A stretch of DNA of 64,000 bases from an uncultured bacterium (GTDB lineage: Bacteria > Planctomycetota > UBA8742 > UBA2392), in NCBI GenBank assembly GCA_938014885.1, contig CALLQI010000004.1, positions 94,578-158,577 of the forward strand. The letters run 5' to 3'. Shown piece by piece: positions 10,745 to 19,193 of this stretch. The position numbers were made by a program, and so were the translations under genes. Positions within the stretch are counted from its first letter, which is position 1. The number at the start of each line of letters is the position of its first letter. The notes beneath the pieces were generated by a model, which made no database searches, was not told where the DNA came from, and saw nothing but the letters and a program-made list of their open reading frames with translations.

Positions 10745-10863
10745 GTCGTTCTCCGGCCGCAGTTTAGCGGGTTGGCGGGGGTGCGTAACCCCGGGAAAAC
10801 ACTGAACTATTGAAGGAATGGCTCGTTGGTAGAATGTTCAACATCCAAGTCACGAGGCCACTG

Positions 10864-12402
10864 ATGAAGACGATTTCCTGCGGCAGTTGCGGCATGCAAT
10901 ACGACGGTTCGGGCCTGCAGGCCGGCGTGCAGTTTCAATGCACGCAATGCGGCTCGATGGTGCTGGTAGGCGGTGGTCGCGCCCCGGCAGCCCCCGGCAA
11001 GGGTCGCGGCGGCACTCGCGCGGCCGGCCCGCAACCCGCGGCAGCCCCGCGCGGCCCGCAACCGGCGGCCCGTGCCAAGGCTGGGATGCCTCGTGGCCCC
11101 CGCGCGGCAGCCGGCGCACCCGGCGCGCAGCAAGAACGGCAAGTTTATGCGGCGCCGAAGAAGAGCAACTCCGGCGTGATCGTCGCCGTCATTATTGGCG
11201 TAGCGGTCGTGGGCCTGATCATCGCGATCGTGGTGTTCTCATCCAAGCCCTCGCCGCAAGAGCAGCAACAGGCTGCCCAGAAGGACCGTGCCAAGGAGAA
11301 TGAAGAGAAGGTCAATAAGCTCAATGCCGAAACCGACCAGAAGAACGCGGCCCTCAGCAAAACCATAAAGGCATCCGAAGACTTGGCCCCGGCCATTGAG
11401 GCCGCGCTGCGCAATGGCGACGGCAAAGTACTCGAGAACATGTTCGACTGGACCGTCTACGCGCTCTACATCAAGACGCTCTGGGACGCCGACGAAGAAA
11501 AGATCAAGGCCGGCGGCAGCGGCAGCATGTACCGCAACTCGCCGCTGATCGCCATGGGCACATGGGCCAAGGGCGAAGACGGCCGCTACACCGGCGGGTT
11601 TGACGCCACTTCCGTGCACGGGCCCGATTCGCTGCGCGACCGCGTGATGGGCTATCTCGGCAACTTTGTGTTCCAGGCACCCGAGCTGGCCATGGACCGC
11701 GACAAGACATTCGCGCCGCTTGAAAAGACCGGCCTTTCTATGGAAATCGGCGGCACCAAGTACCTCGGCCGCAAGGTGTTCATCACGTTTAAGGGGGACG
11801 GCGGCACCGCCAAAGAGTTCTGGGTGGGTGCGCCGCTGGGCAGTGACAACGTCAAGATTATCAACTATTTCGACAAGGGCGCCGCGAAGAAGATCGCCGA
11901 GAAAGAAGCCAAGAACCCCAAGGCCGACGACCGCGACCCCAGCAACCCGGACCGCAACCCGGCCAACCCTGACCGCAACCCGGACAACCCGGATAATCCG
12001 GACAACCCGGACGGCATGGAAGAAACCGGTATGGAACTGCCGCCGCTGGCCAAGACCAACGCCATGCCCACGGACGCGGCCCTGGAAAACATCATCAAAG
12101 ACATCAAGCGCGGGGCGTTCCCCAACGACGCGCGCCTCAAGACCATCAGCAGCGCCACCGACCGTAACCAGAAGAAGGCCGTGTTCGGCGCGTTGATTGA
12201 CTGCCTGATCGACGCCCACACCGCGGACGACCGCAACACCAAGGTCCGCGTCTCCGAAATCCTGCTGTCACAGTTCGGTGCCCGCAAGTACGCCGAATGG
12301 ACCAATGAAGACCTGACTTTCAGCATGCAGTTCGGAGTAGACCAGGAAGGCGGCGACAACATCTGCCGCCGCTGGCTGCTGCTGTACAACGAGTACCAGT
12401 AA
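10864..12402 (+). CDS. Zinc-ribbon membrane protein with a periplasmic domain and an NPD(R)NP repeat tract
   Basis: N-terminal CGSCG...x17...CTQCG zinc ribbon, a Pro/Ala/Arg-rich linker, one TM helix (VIVAVIIGVAVVGLIIAIVVF), a periplasmic region containing NPDRNPANPDRNPDNPDNPDNPD. A candidate TTGAAG-14nt-TAGAAT promoter lies at 10810..10835. Confidence 0.55.
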   Translation: MKTISCGSCGMQYDGSGLQAGVQFQCTQCGSMVLVGGGRAPAAPGKGRGGTRAAGPQPAAAPRGPQPAARAKAGMPRGPRAAAGAPGAQQERQVYAAPKKSNSGVIVAVIIGVAVVGLIIAIVVFSSKPSPQEQQQAAQKDRAKENEEKVNKLNAETDQKNAALSKTIKASEDLAPAIEAALRNGDGKVLENMFDWTVYALYIKTLWDADEEKIKAGGSGSMYRNSPLIAMGTWAKGEDGRYTGGFDATSVHGPDSLRDRVMGYLGNFVFQAPELAMDRDKTFAPLEKTGLSMEIGGTKYLGRKVFITFKGDGGTAKEFWVGAPLGSDNVKIINYFDKGAAKKIAEKEAKNPKADDRDPSNPDRNPANPDRNPDNPDNPDNPDGMEETGMELPPLAKTNAMPTDAALENIIKDIKRGAFPNDARLKTISSATDRNQKKAVFGALIDCLIDAHTADDRNTKVRVSEILLSQFGARKYAEWTNEDLTFSMQFGVDQEGGDNICRRWLLLYNEYQ

Positions 12403-12433
12403 TCGAGTACCAGCGATTGTGACCCGCAACACC

Positions 12434-12469
12434 GCAGCCTGCCCCCTGATCCGGGCAGGCTGCGTGCTT
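12434..12469 (+). terminator. Bidirectional intrinsic terminator between convergent genes
   Basis: gcagcctgccc / cctgatcc / gggcaggctgc perfect 11-bp stem, then gtgCTTTc. Confidence 0.55.
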
Positions 12470-14500
12470 TCAGTCGATCAGCTTCAGGCCGCGCGGCGAC
12501 AGGAATACCGCAAACGGGCGCCCCACGAACAGTTCGCGCTCGACGTAGGGCATGCGTTCGACCTGCAGATGTTCAATGTCGGCCAGGTTGATCCGCACAT
12601 AGCCGCCGCCTTCGGTGTAGAAGTCAATCGCCGCACGGCCCTGCCGGCGGGCGTGTTCCTTCAGCAGTGCCAGGGCCTTGGCCACGTCGCGGGCGTCAGC
12701 GCCTTCGGTGTCGCCGCGCTCGGCCGGCGTGAAGTGGGCTACCCGATACAGCATTTGCGAGGCGCTGTAGGTGTCGCCTTCGTTGATCGCGCGGGCCAGG
12801 ATTTCCATCAACGCGGGCTGGCTGGCGTGGTCCAGCGCGCCTGAGACTTCACTGTCCTTGAAGAACAGCGTCACCCGCGTCCAGAAGCGGCAATCGGCGC
12901 TGCCCGGCGAGTTGTCGCCCAGCACCAGGAAACGGTCGCCGTCCAGCCGCACGGCAAAGGGGTATTCGTCCAGGTCCGCCGGGCCGTCCAGCATCGTGCG
13001 GCCGACGTAGTACACGTCGCGATCAATCCCCAGCATCTTCACGGCGGCACCGGGGCCGATGCCCTTCAGCGCCAGCCGCGCTTTCCGGCCGCCGGGCGGT
13101 GTGGTCAGGGCCAGCCGGATCGCCTCTTCACTATCGAGTGCCATGCGCTTTTGCGCGTCGCGGGCGCGCAGTTGATCGAGCAAAGGTGAGCCGACGTCCA
13201 CTTCGGCCGCGGTCTCGCCGTCAAGCGCCACGCGCAGCAGGCCGTCCGCCAGCGAAAACTCGAGGACGAACTCGCCCGGGACCTCCAGTTTGGACAGCGC
13301 CCCGTCGGCCAGCGCATTGATGTTGCCGGTTTCGTCGCTGTGGGCCAGCGTTGCCCCGCCGCGGCCGGGGCCCAGCGTCAGCAGGTAGACGTCGCCGTCG
13401 CGGGTCAGTTGCACCGCAAGCTTGCCGTCTGAGGCCAGCTCAACCCGGGCGCGCAGGCGGATGTCCCCCACCACGCGGCGGCCGTAGAAGTCTTTGGGCG
13501 TTTCGACCTTGCCGAAGCTGGCGTCGTGATCCACGACGTCAGCGGGCTCGGCGCCCTTGCCGCGCGGGAACACGGCCTGCCCGTCCTGCTTCAGCGTGAT
13601 TACGCCATCGGCAAATGCGGCCGCGCCTTCGCGGTGGAAGTATTTGACCCAGTCAGAGGTTTCGGCCAGTTCATGCAGGATCGGCAGCCACAGGGTCTCG
13701 CGCGCTTCGCCATCTTTGCGCAGCAGGTTGATCGGCGCGGTATCGTGTTCTTTGACGTACACGTCGCCCTGGGCGATCAGCACCTGTTCGCCGGGCAGGG
13801 CCACGCAGCGCTTGACGTAGGGGTCGGTGCGGCGCAGCGGGTAGCGAAACACCACGGGCTCCCAGCGGCGGGGGTCGCGCCACTGGTAGGTGAATTTGTC
13901 CACGACCACGCGGTCGCCGTCAGTCAGGCTGCCGCGGCCGATGCTGCTGCCGATCAGCGTGGGCGCCATGCTGCCGGACGGGATCTGGAAGGCCTCAAGC
14001 GCGAAGTGCCACACCAGCAGCACGACCACCAGCGCCGCTGCCAGGCTTTCGATGTTGTCGAATATCTTGTCAACGAACGTGGGGTCTTTGGGGCGAATCT
14101 CGCGGCCCTTCACAAGCGCCTTTTCCGAAGCGCCACGCACCGCAAGCGCCGCCACGAATGCAAGCAGCCCGGCCAGGCTGGCAAAGCCCGACACGCGGTG
14201 CAGCGCCATCGCGAGCAGCGCGCAGCCCATCAGCGCCACCACCACGCCGCCGCGCGCGATGGGCGAAACGCCCTTGCGCCCCAGGTTCATGTACCACGAA
14301 GCCCCGGCCAGCAGCGGGATCAGCACCAGCACGGGAAAGCGCAGCCACACGCCGTCCAGGTGCGCGGGCATGAACAAGGCCACCAGCGCGCAAAGCCCAG
14401 CCAGCACGCAGGTGACGTCAGCGGCACGCCGCCGCCACGCGGGTTTTAAGCGCGCGTAGCCCTTCACGACGGGTTCCAGTTTGGCGTTTTCTTCAGCCAT
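12470..14500 (-). CDS. lepB: Signal peptidase I (S26) with an N-terminal multi-TM extension and a large inserted domain
   Basis: Box B IPSGSMAPTL (Ser nucleophile), box C GDRVVVDKF, box D VKRCVALPGE (general-base Lys), box E GDNSPGSADCRFW. Start at ATG 14500 (MAEENAKLEP). About 240 aa are inserted between boxes D and E. Confidence 0.75.
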   Translation of the reverse strand: MAEENAKLEPVVKGYARLKPAWRRRAADVTCVLAGLCALVALFMPAHLDGVWLRFPVLVLIPLLAGASWYMNLGRKGVSPIARGGVVVALMGCALLAMALHRVSGFASLAGLLAFVAALAVRGASEKALVKGREIRPKDPTFVDKIFDNIESLAAALVVVLLVWHFALEAFQIPSGSMAPTLIGSSIGRGSLTDGDRVVVDKFTYQWRDPRRWEPVVFRYPLRRTDPYVKRCVALPGEQVLIAQGDVYVKEHDTAPINLLRKDGEARETLWLPILHELAETSDWVKYFHREGAAAFADGVITLKQDGQAVFPRGKGAEPADVVDHDASFGKVETPKDFYGRRVVGDIRLRARVELASDGKLAVQLTRDGDVYLLTLGPGRGGATLAHSDETGNINALADGALSKLEVPGEFVLEFSLADGLLRVALDGETAAEVDVGSPLLDQLRARDAQKRMALDSEEAIRLALTTPPGGRKARLALKGIGPGAAVKMLGIDRDVYYVGRTMLDGPADLDEYPFAVRLDGDRFLVLGDNSPGSADCRFWTRVTLFFKDSEVSGALDHASQPALMEILARAINEGDTYSASQMLYRVAHFTPAERGDTEGADARDVAKALALLKEHARRQGRAAIDFYTEGGGYVRINLADIEHLQVERMPYVERELFVGRPFAVFLSPRGLKLID

Positions 14501-14560
14501 GGCGATGTGGTGAAGCAAGCTATATTGGCGCCCGTTTGGAACAACCGCACGGAGAGACAA

Positions 14561-15028
14561 ATGCTCAAGGCTGGCGACACCGCGCCCGACTTCAACCTGC
14601 CGGACCAGGACGAAAAGACGCACTCATTGAAAGACAATCGCGGCAAATGGGTCGTGCTGTTCGCATACCCCAAGGCCAACACCCCCGGCTGAACCAAAGA
14701 AGCCATTGCCTTCACCGGTCTGGTGAAAGACTTTGCCAAGCTGAACGCCGTCATCTACGGAATCAGCCCCGACAAACCCGCGGCCCAGAAAAAGTTTGAG
14801 GCCGACCACAGCCTGCGCGTGCCCTTGCTGTGCGACGTGGACAAGGCCGTAACCACGGCCTACGGCGCGTTCGGCAAGAAGATGATGTACGGCCGCGAGG
14901 TGCAGGGAATCATCCGCAGCACCTTCCTGATTGACCCCAAGGGCAAGCTCGCCCGCGTGTGGCCCAACGTAAAGGTAGACGGCCACGCGGAGGCGGTGCT
15001 GGTAGCGCTGAAAGAGCTGACGAAGTAG
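14561..15028 (+). CDS. bcp: Bcp-type 1-Cys peroxiredoxin with an in-frame TGA (14690..14692) at the peroxidatic Cys position; candidate selenocysteine protein
   Basis: Reads MLKAGDTAPDFNLPDQ...GKWVVLFAYPKANTPG-TGA-TKEAIAF...LIDPKGKL..., colinear with E. coli Bcp (...YFYPKAMTPGCTVQAC...). ORFs 14507..14692 and 14723..15028 are in the same frame, separated only by the TGA. GGAGAG lies upstream of ATG 14561. Confidence 0.6.
14711..14727 (+). other. SECIS-like hairpin 18 nt downstream of the in-frame UGA in bcp
   Basis: UUCACC-GGUCU-GGUGAA: a 6-bp stem with a GGU-containing apical loop, placed at the spacing expected for a bacterial SECIS. Confidence 0.4.
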
Positions 15029-15176
15029 GCGGGCAACAGACTGGCGACCAGATTCTGATTTCAGGCCAGGGTCGACAGTTCGCGGTCTCTCGGCTGTTTG
15101 TGGTAACCGTAGACTGCAAACCGTTAACCGTAAACCTTCGCGCTGACCGTGTTCGTCATGCACTTGCAGGCAATAG

Positions 15177-15210
15177 AAAACGGGCCAGCCGAAGCTGGCC
15201 CGTTTGCGTT
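15177..15210 (+). terminator. Bidirectional intrinsic terminator (bcp on + / secreted-protein gene on -)
   Basis: aaaACGGGCCAGC-cgaa-GCTGGCCCGTttgcgtt: a 10-bp stem flanked by an A-run and a T-rich tail. Confidence 0.6.
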
Positions 15211-15219
15211 GCGTATGAC

Positions 15220-16155
15220 TTACCAGTCGTAGTCGCTGACCCAGCCGGTGAACATGTTGCCGGCGTCCTTGTGGAAGTTGGCCGTGCCGTCGATGTCGAC
15301 GGTGACCTTGGTCGAGCGCTTGTTGGTTTCCCAGTCCATTTCTTCGCGGAAGCTGAGCACCAGGAAGGTGTTGCCCTTCTCTGAGCTGAACCAGTAAGCC
15401 AGCGAGTTGCCGTAACGGTTCAGCAGCAGGCGCGGCTTGGCGTTTTCGCCGCCGTTGCTGGCGATCTTGTTCAGGCGCTTGACCAGCAGGTCGTACGGGT
15501 CGGCACCTTCCTGCACGCCGCTGAGCAGATCCAGCGTCGAGGTCTGCCACTCGTCGAGGTGTTCCTTCAGCTTGGCGCCGTCGGACTTGCCCACGGCCTC
15601 GCGGATCGCCTTCACGCCCGGGGCGTTGTAGTCGATGCGGTATTCGTAGGGCGAGCCGCTGGTCAGGAACCAGTTGTAGACCTTCTTGTCGTCTTCGGCT
15701 TCCGGCGCAATGCGTGAGGTCTTGACCAGATGGGCCATGTCGCCGTTCTTGACCACGACGATGGCGTAGTTGCCGACCTTGCCCTGCTCAATGGCCATCA
15801 TCTGTTCTTCGTTCCATGCGGCCAGCACACCGGCCATCACCTGGATGTTGGTCTGTTCGCCGTCGCCGTCCCAGGACTTCTCGTCCAGGTAGTCGCGCGC
15901 GTCTTCCGCGATGCAGCTCTTCAGCCCGGCCATGTCCTTGGCCTTGGCGGCCTTGATGGCCTTGGTCAGCACTTCCGTCGGCGACTTGTGGCCTTCGGCG
16001 GTGCCTTCCTTGATCACCAGCTCTTTGACCGAGGGCACTTCGCCCATCAGCAGTTGGGTGCTTGAACCCTTGTTTTCATCCGCGTTAGCGGGCGACACAA
16101 TCGCGAAACTCATGGCCAGCGCCGCAGCGCCGGTCAGCATCAGCATCCTGCTCAT
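15220..16155 (-). CDS. Secreted hypothetical protein (about 310 aa)
   Basis: Start at ATG 16155 (MSRMLMLTGAAALAMSFAIVSPANA signal peptide) preceded by AAGGGGA. No family recognised. Confidence 0.55.
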   Translation of the reverse strand: MSRMLMLTGAAALAMSFAIVSPANADENKGSSTQLLMGEVPSVKELVIKEGTAEGHKSPTEVLTKAIKAAKAKDMAGLKSCIAEDARDYLDEKSWDGDGEQTNIQVMAGVLAAWNEEQMMAIEQGKVGNYAIVVVKNGDMAHLVKTSRIAPEAEDDKKVYNWFLTSGSPYEYRIDYNAPGVKAIREAVGKSDGAKLKEHLDEWQTSTLDLLSGVQEGADPYDLLVKRLNKIASNGGENAKPRLLLNRYGNSLAYWFSSEKGNTFLVLSFREEMDWETNKRSTKVTVDIDGTANFHKDAGNMFTGWVSDYDW

Positions 16156-16334
16156 CGATTTCCCCTTATCCGAAAAAAACGGCCCCATCAGAGGGCCCCT
16201 GTGTGGAAAAGCTTACTCCGGCGTGGATAAACGTCAATTAACGCCTGGTGACAAAGCCGCCTTGGTTGCGTAACCCCAACGCGGGCCTAAGCTGACGATA
16301 ACTTTGAACACGCATTTAAATTCGTGAGGCCGTC

Positions 16335-17489
16335 ATGGATTTCAACTTCACCGAAGAACAAACCATGTTCCAGCAGGCCGCCGCGGACTTCTGCAAGAAC
16401 GAAGTCGAGTCCGTGGCCATGAAGCTCGAGAACAGCAAAGAGTTCCCCGCGGAGCTTACGCAGCGTATGTCCGAGCTTGGCTTCATGGGGCTGGTCGTGC
16501 CCGAGCAATACGGCGGCGTCGGCGCGGATTACCTGGCCTACCTGCTGGTGGAAGGCGAAATCGCCAAGACCAGCATCAGTCTCAGCATGACGCTGGGTGC
16601 GCAGAACAGCCTGGTCGGGCTGCCGATGATCAACTTCGCCAGCGAAGAGTTGAAGCAGCGCTACCTGCCAAGCCTCGCCAGCGGCGAGAAGCTGGGCTGC
16701 TTTGCACTGACCGAGCCCGGGGCCGGCAGCGACCCCGCCGGCATGCGCACCACGGCCGTGAAGAAGGGCGACAAGTGGGTGCTGAACGGCACCAAGATCT
16801 ACATCACCAACGGCGCCGTGGCCAAACTCGCGATTGTGTGGGCGCGCACCGGCACCAAGCCCGACGGCAAGCCGCAGATCACGGCGTTCCTGGTCGATAA
16901 GGACGAAAGCCCATTCAAGGTAGGCACGGTCGAGGACAAGATGGGCGTGCACGCCAGCCCAACCACCGAGCTGATCTTCGAAGACTGCGAAGTGCCCGCC
17001 GGCAACGTGCTCGGCAAAGAAGGCGACGGTTTCAAGGTAGCGCTGCTGACGCTGAACACCGGGCGGCTGAGCGTCGCCACGCAATGCCTGGGCCTCGCAC
17101 AGGCGGCCTACGAGCGCGCCAAAAAGTTCGCGACCGAGCGCGAACAGTTCGGGCAGAAGCTGGCTGACTTCCAGGCCATAGCCTTCAAGCTCGCCGACAT
17201 GATCACCGAGATCAACGCCGCCAAAGGCCTGGTATGGCACGCCGTGTGGCTGAAAGAGCAACACGGGCTGAACGACCCGCGCTTCATCAGCATGGCCGCA
17301 CAGGCCAAGCTGTACGCCAGCGAAATGGCCGAGCGCGTAACCAGCGCATCAGTACAGATCCACGGCGGCTACGGCTACATGAAGGAATACAGAGTAGAAG
17401 AGTTCTTCCGCGCGGCGCGCCTGATGACCATCGTGGAAGGCACCAGCGAAATCCAAAGGCTGACCATTAGCCGCTGGGAACTGAAATAA
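16335..17489 (+). CDS. Acyl-CoA dehydrogenase
   Basis: ACAD fold signatures (LTEPGAGSD, catalytic region YGGYGYMKEY), 384 aa. Confidence 0.9.
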   Translation: MDFNFTEEQTMFQQAAADFCKNEVESVAMKLENSKEFPAELTQRMSELGFMGLVVPEQYGGVGADYLAYLLVEGEIAKTSISLSMTLGAQNSLVGLPMINFASEELKQRYLPSLASGEKLGCFALTEPGAGSDPAGMRTTAVKKGDKWVLNGTKIYITNGAVAKLAIVWARTGTKPDGKPQITAFLVDKDESPFKVGTVEDKMGVHASPTTELIFEDCEVPAGNVLGKEGDGFKVALLTLNTGRLSVATQCLGLAQAAYERAKKFATEREQFGQKLADFQAIAFKLADMITEINAAKGLVWHAVWLKEQHGLNDPRFISMAAQAKLYASEMAERVTSASVQIHGGYGYMKEYRVEEFFRAARLMTIVEGTSEIQRLTISRWELK

Positions 17490-17496
17490 AAGCAAA

Positions 17497-17606
17497 CCAG
17501 AGCCCGAGTGCGTAAGCACCGGGACCGCTGCCAGCGACGGCCGGACGCACGGCAACGGCGTCGAACCACGAAGCGCCACGAAGTACCACGAAGAACGGCA
17601 ACTTCG
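17497..17606 (+). repeat. Copy 1 of a roughly 110-nt intergenic repeat (accagagcccgAgtgcgtAagc...gaaccacgaagcgccacgaagtaccacgaagaac)
   Basis: About 85 percent identical to 18792..18899. Contains three tandem ccacgaag octamers. Lies immediately 3-prime of the ACAD stop. Confidence 0.6.
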
Positions 17607-17683
17607 ATCTAGCGTTTTCGACCGCTGATTCACGTTGACGATATGCGCATGGCACTTAGCTTGGGTGCCGGACGGAGACCGTC

Positions 17684-18772
17684 ATGCGCCATTCGCTGGA
17701 TTACGTTGACCCGCGCACCAAGTTCGAAAAGACCTACCGGGGCGCCGGACTTACATTTGGCCTCCTGGTTGGGCTGAACTCGGTGCTTCTGCTGGTGATC
17801 GCCAACTTCAGCGACGACGTATACGGGACCTATGCCGGCGAGCGGATGTTCATGAACGGCTTTGGCGTGGCGCTGGCCGGATTCACGGTCGGCATCACGA
17901 TCGCCCTGTTCAACAAGCAGCGGTGGGCCGCGTACCTGGCATTCATCATCACCGCGTTGCTGCTGGTGGCAGCCGTACTGGCTCAGGTCGTGGACATCTT
18001 CCCCGGCGGCGACGGGCCTTCTGGTGGGGGCGTGATTGGCATAGTGCTCGTCGCGCTGGCGACCATCGTGCAGTTCAATGCGGTCCGAATCCCGCGCCCG
18101 TATCAGCTAGCGCCTTCGCCGCGCCGCCTTGCCGAAGGGTATCCTTTGTTGCAGCCGTACAGTGCAACCCCTGCTGGCGACAGAAGTGCCGCACCACCCG
18201 GGATGCCGGTGAAGTACCCCTTGGGCAACTCGGGCATCGCGATGCTCGCAGTCTGCGGCCTGACGGTGCTGGCGGGGATCGGCATGTCCGTGTACGGGAT
18301 TGCGCTGGTATTGAACCCGGAAGTGGCGGAATGGGTGGTGGTCAGGGATGAAGTAATCGGCGTGCAACTCGAAATGCCCGGGCAGCCGCAGGATGTGCTG
18401 GAAACGCCCGACCTGACCATGAGCTACATCCGCACTCAAGAATATGCGGCCGAGTTCTGCACGGTGTCGATCACCTGCGTCGAGCTGCACGAAGGATTCG
18501 GTTTCAGGGAACAAGACGTCGCGCGCAGCCTCACGACCGGCGTGGACTACTCCAAGGCAACTGTTCTGTCCCGTGAAAGAATCCAAAGCAACGGCATCGA
18601 GATGCACGCCCTCATCCTGCACCGCGTGGATGGCTGGCATGAGTACAAGTGGGTGTTCCACACCACCTCGCACTGCGTGACGGTGATCGTCACGAAACCC
18701 CAGGGGCGCGATTTTCCCAGCGTGGACCGCGTCCTGGAGAGCATCCGCTACACCGTTCAACCGCCCGATTAG
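17684..18772 (+). CDS. Integral membrane hypothetical protein (four N-terminal TM helices plus a C-terminal soluble domain)
   Basis: Hydrophobic segments LLVGLNSVLLLVIANF, GVALAGFTVGITIALF, AAYLAFIITALLLVAAVLAQ, GIVLVALATIVQF; no family recognised. Flanked on both sides by the repeat element. Confidence 0.55.
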   Translation: MRHSLDYVDPRTKFEKTYRGAGLTFGLLVGLNSVLLLVIANFSDDVYGTYAGERMFMNGFGVALAGFTVGITIALFNKQRWAAYLAFIITALLLVAAVLAQVVDIFPGGDGPSGGGVIGIVLVALATIVQFNAVRIPRPYQLAPSPRRLAEGYPLLQPYSATPAGDRSAAPPGMPVKYPLGNSGIAMLAVCGLTVLAGIGMSVYGIALVLNPEVAEWVVVRDEVIGVQLEMPGQPQDVLETPDLTMSYIRTQEYAAEFCTVSITCVELHEGFGFREQDVARSLTTGVDYSKATVLSRERIQSNGIEMHALILHRVDGWHEYKWVFHTTSHCVTVIVTKPQGRDFPSVDRVLESIRYTVQPPD

Positions 18773-18791
18773 CAGCGCAACACTGGCCAAG

Positions 18792-18899
18792 ACCAGAGCC
18801 CGGGTGCGTGAGCGCGGGGCCCCCTGCCAGCGACAGCCAGACGTACGGCAACTGCTTTGAACCACGAAGCGCCACGAAATGCCACGAAGAACAGCAACT
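18792..18899 (+). repeat. Copy 2 of the roughly 110-nt intergenic repeat
   Basis: accagagcccgGgtgcgtGagc...gaaccacgaagcgccacgaaatgccacgaagaac. Same order, orientation and ccacgaag triplet as copy 1. Confidence 0.6.
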
Positions 18900-19004
18900 G
18901 CCGCATCGGATCACAGGCAATGGCCTTTGCGCGCCGGACCGCTGAGAAGCCCGTGGTGGAACTTGCCGTTATCCGTGTGAGTCCGTGGTTCCAAAGCCGT
19001 TGCC

Positions 19005-19193
19005 TCACGCCCAGGTTGCGGGGTCGTTGTGGATCAGGCCGCTGATGATGTACCACAGCACCCAGGCCATGCCGCCCAGCCACATGAGCTTGATCCACAG
19101 CGGGATGCGCTGGTGGCCGGTTTCCGGCGGGCCTTCCGGCAGTGCGGGCACGTGTGGCGTCTCTGCGGCGGATTGCGTTGTTGGCTCGGTCAT
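19005..19193 (-). CDS. Small single-TM membrane protein downstream of the cbb3 oxidase genes (CcoQ/CcoS-like position)
   Basis: 62 aa with a TM helix IPLWIKLMWLGGMAWVLWYIISGL; overlaps the preceding ORF by 4 nt (operonic). Confidence 0.4.
   Translation of the reverse strand: MTEPTTQSAAETPHVPALPEGPPETGHQRIPLWIKLMWLGGMAWVLWYIISGLIHNDPATWA

Noticed and set aside
10810-10835. Sigma70-like promoter TTGAAG-N14-TAGAAT upstream of the zinc-ribbon protein gene
   Set aside because: Kept only as a remark: the spacer is 14 nt, not 16-18, so the assignment is weak and promoter consensus in this lineage is unknown.
17349-18920. Similar peptides from ORFs 17349..17633 (-) and 18690..18920 (-) lying across the two repeat copies
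   Set aside because: The similarity (..SW[YH]FVALRGS..LP.V..SLA..P.LTH.GSGL..) is what 85 percent nucleotide identity produces regardless of coding. One ORF runs antisense into the ACAD gene. No SD.
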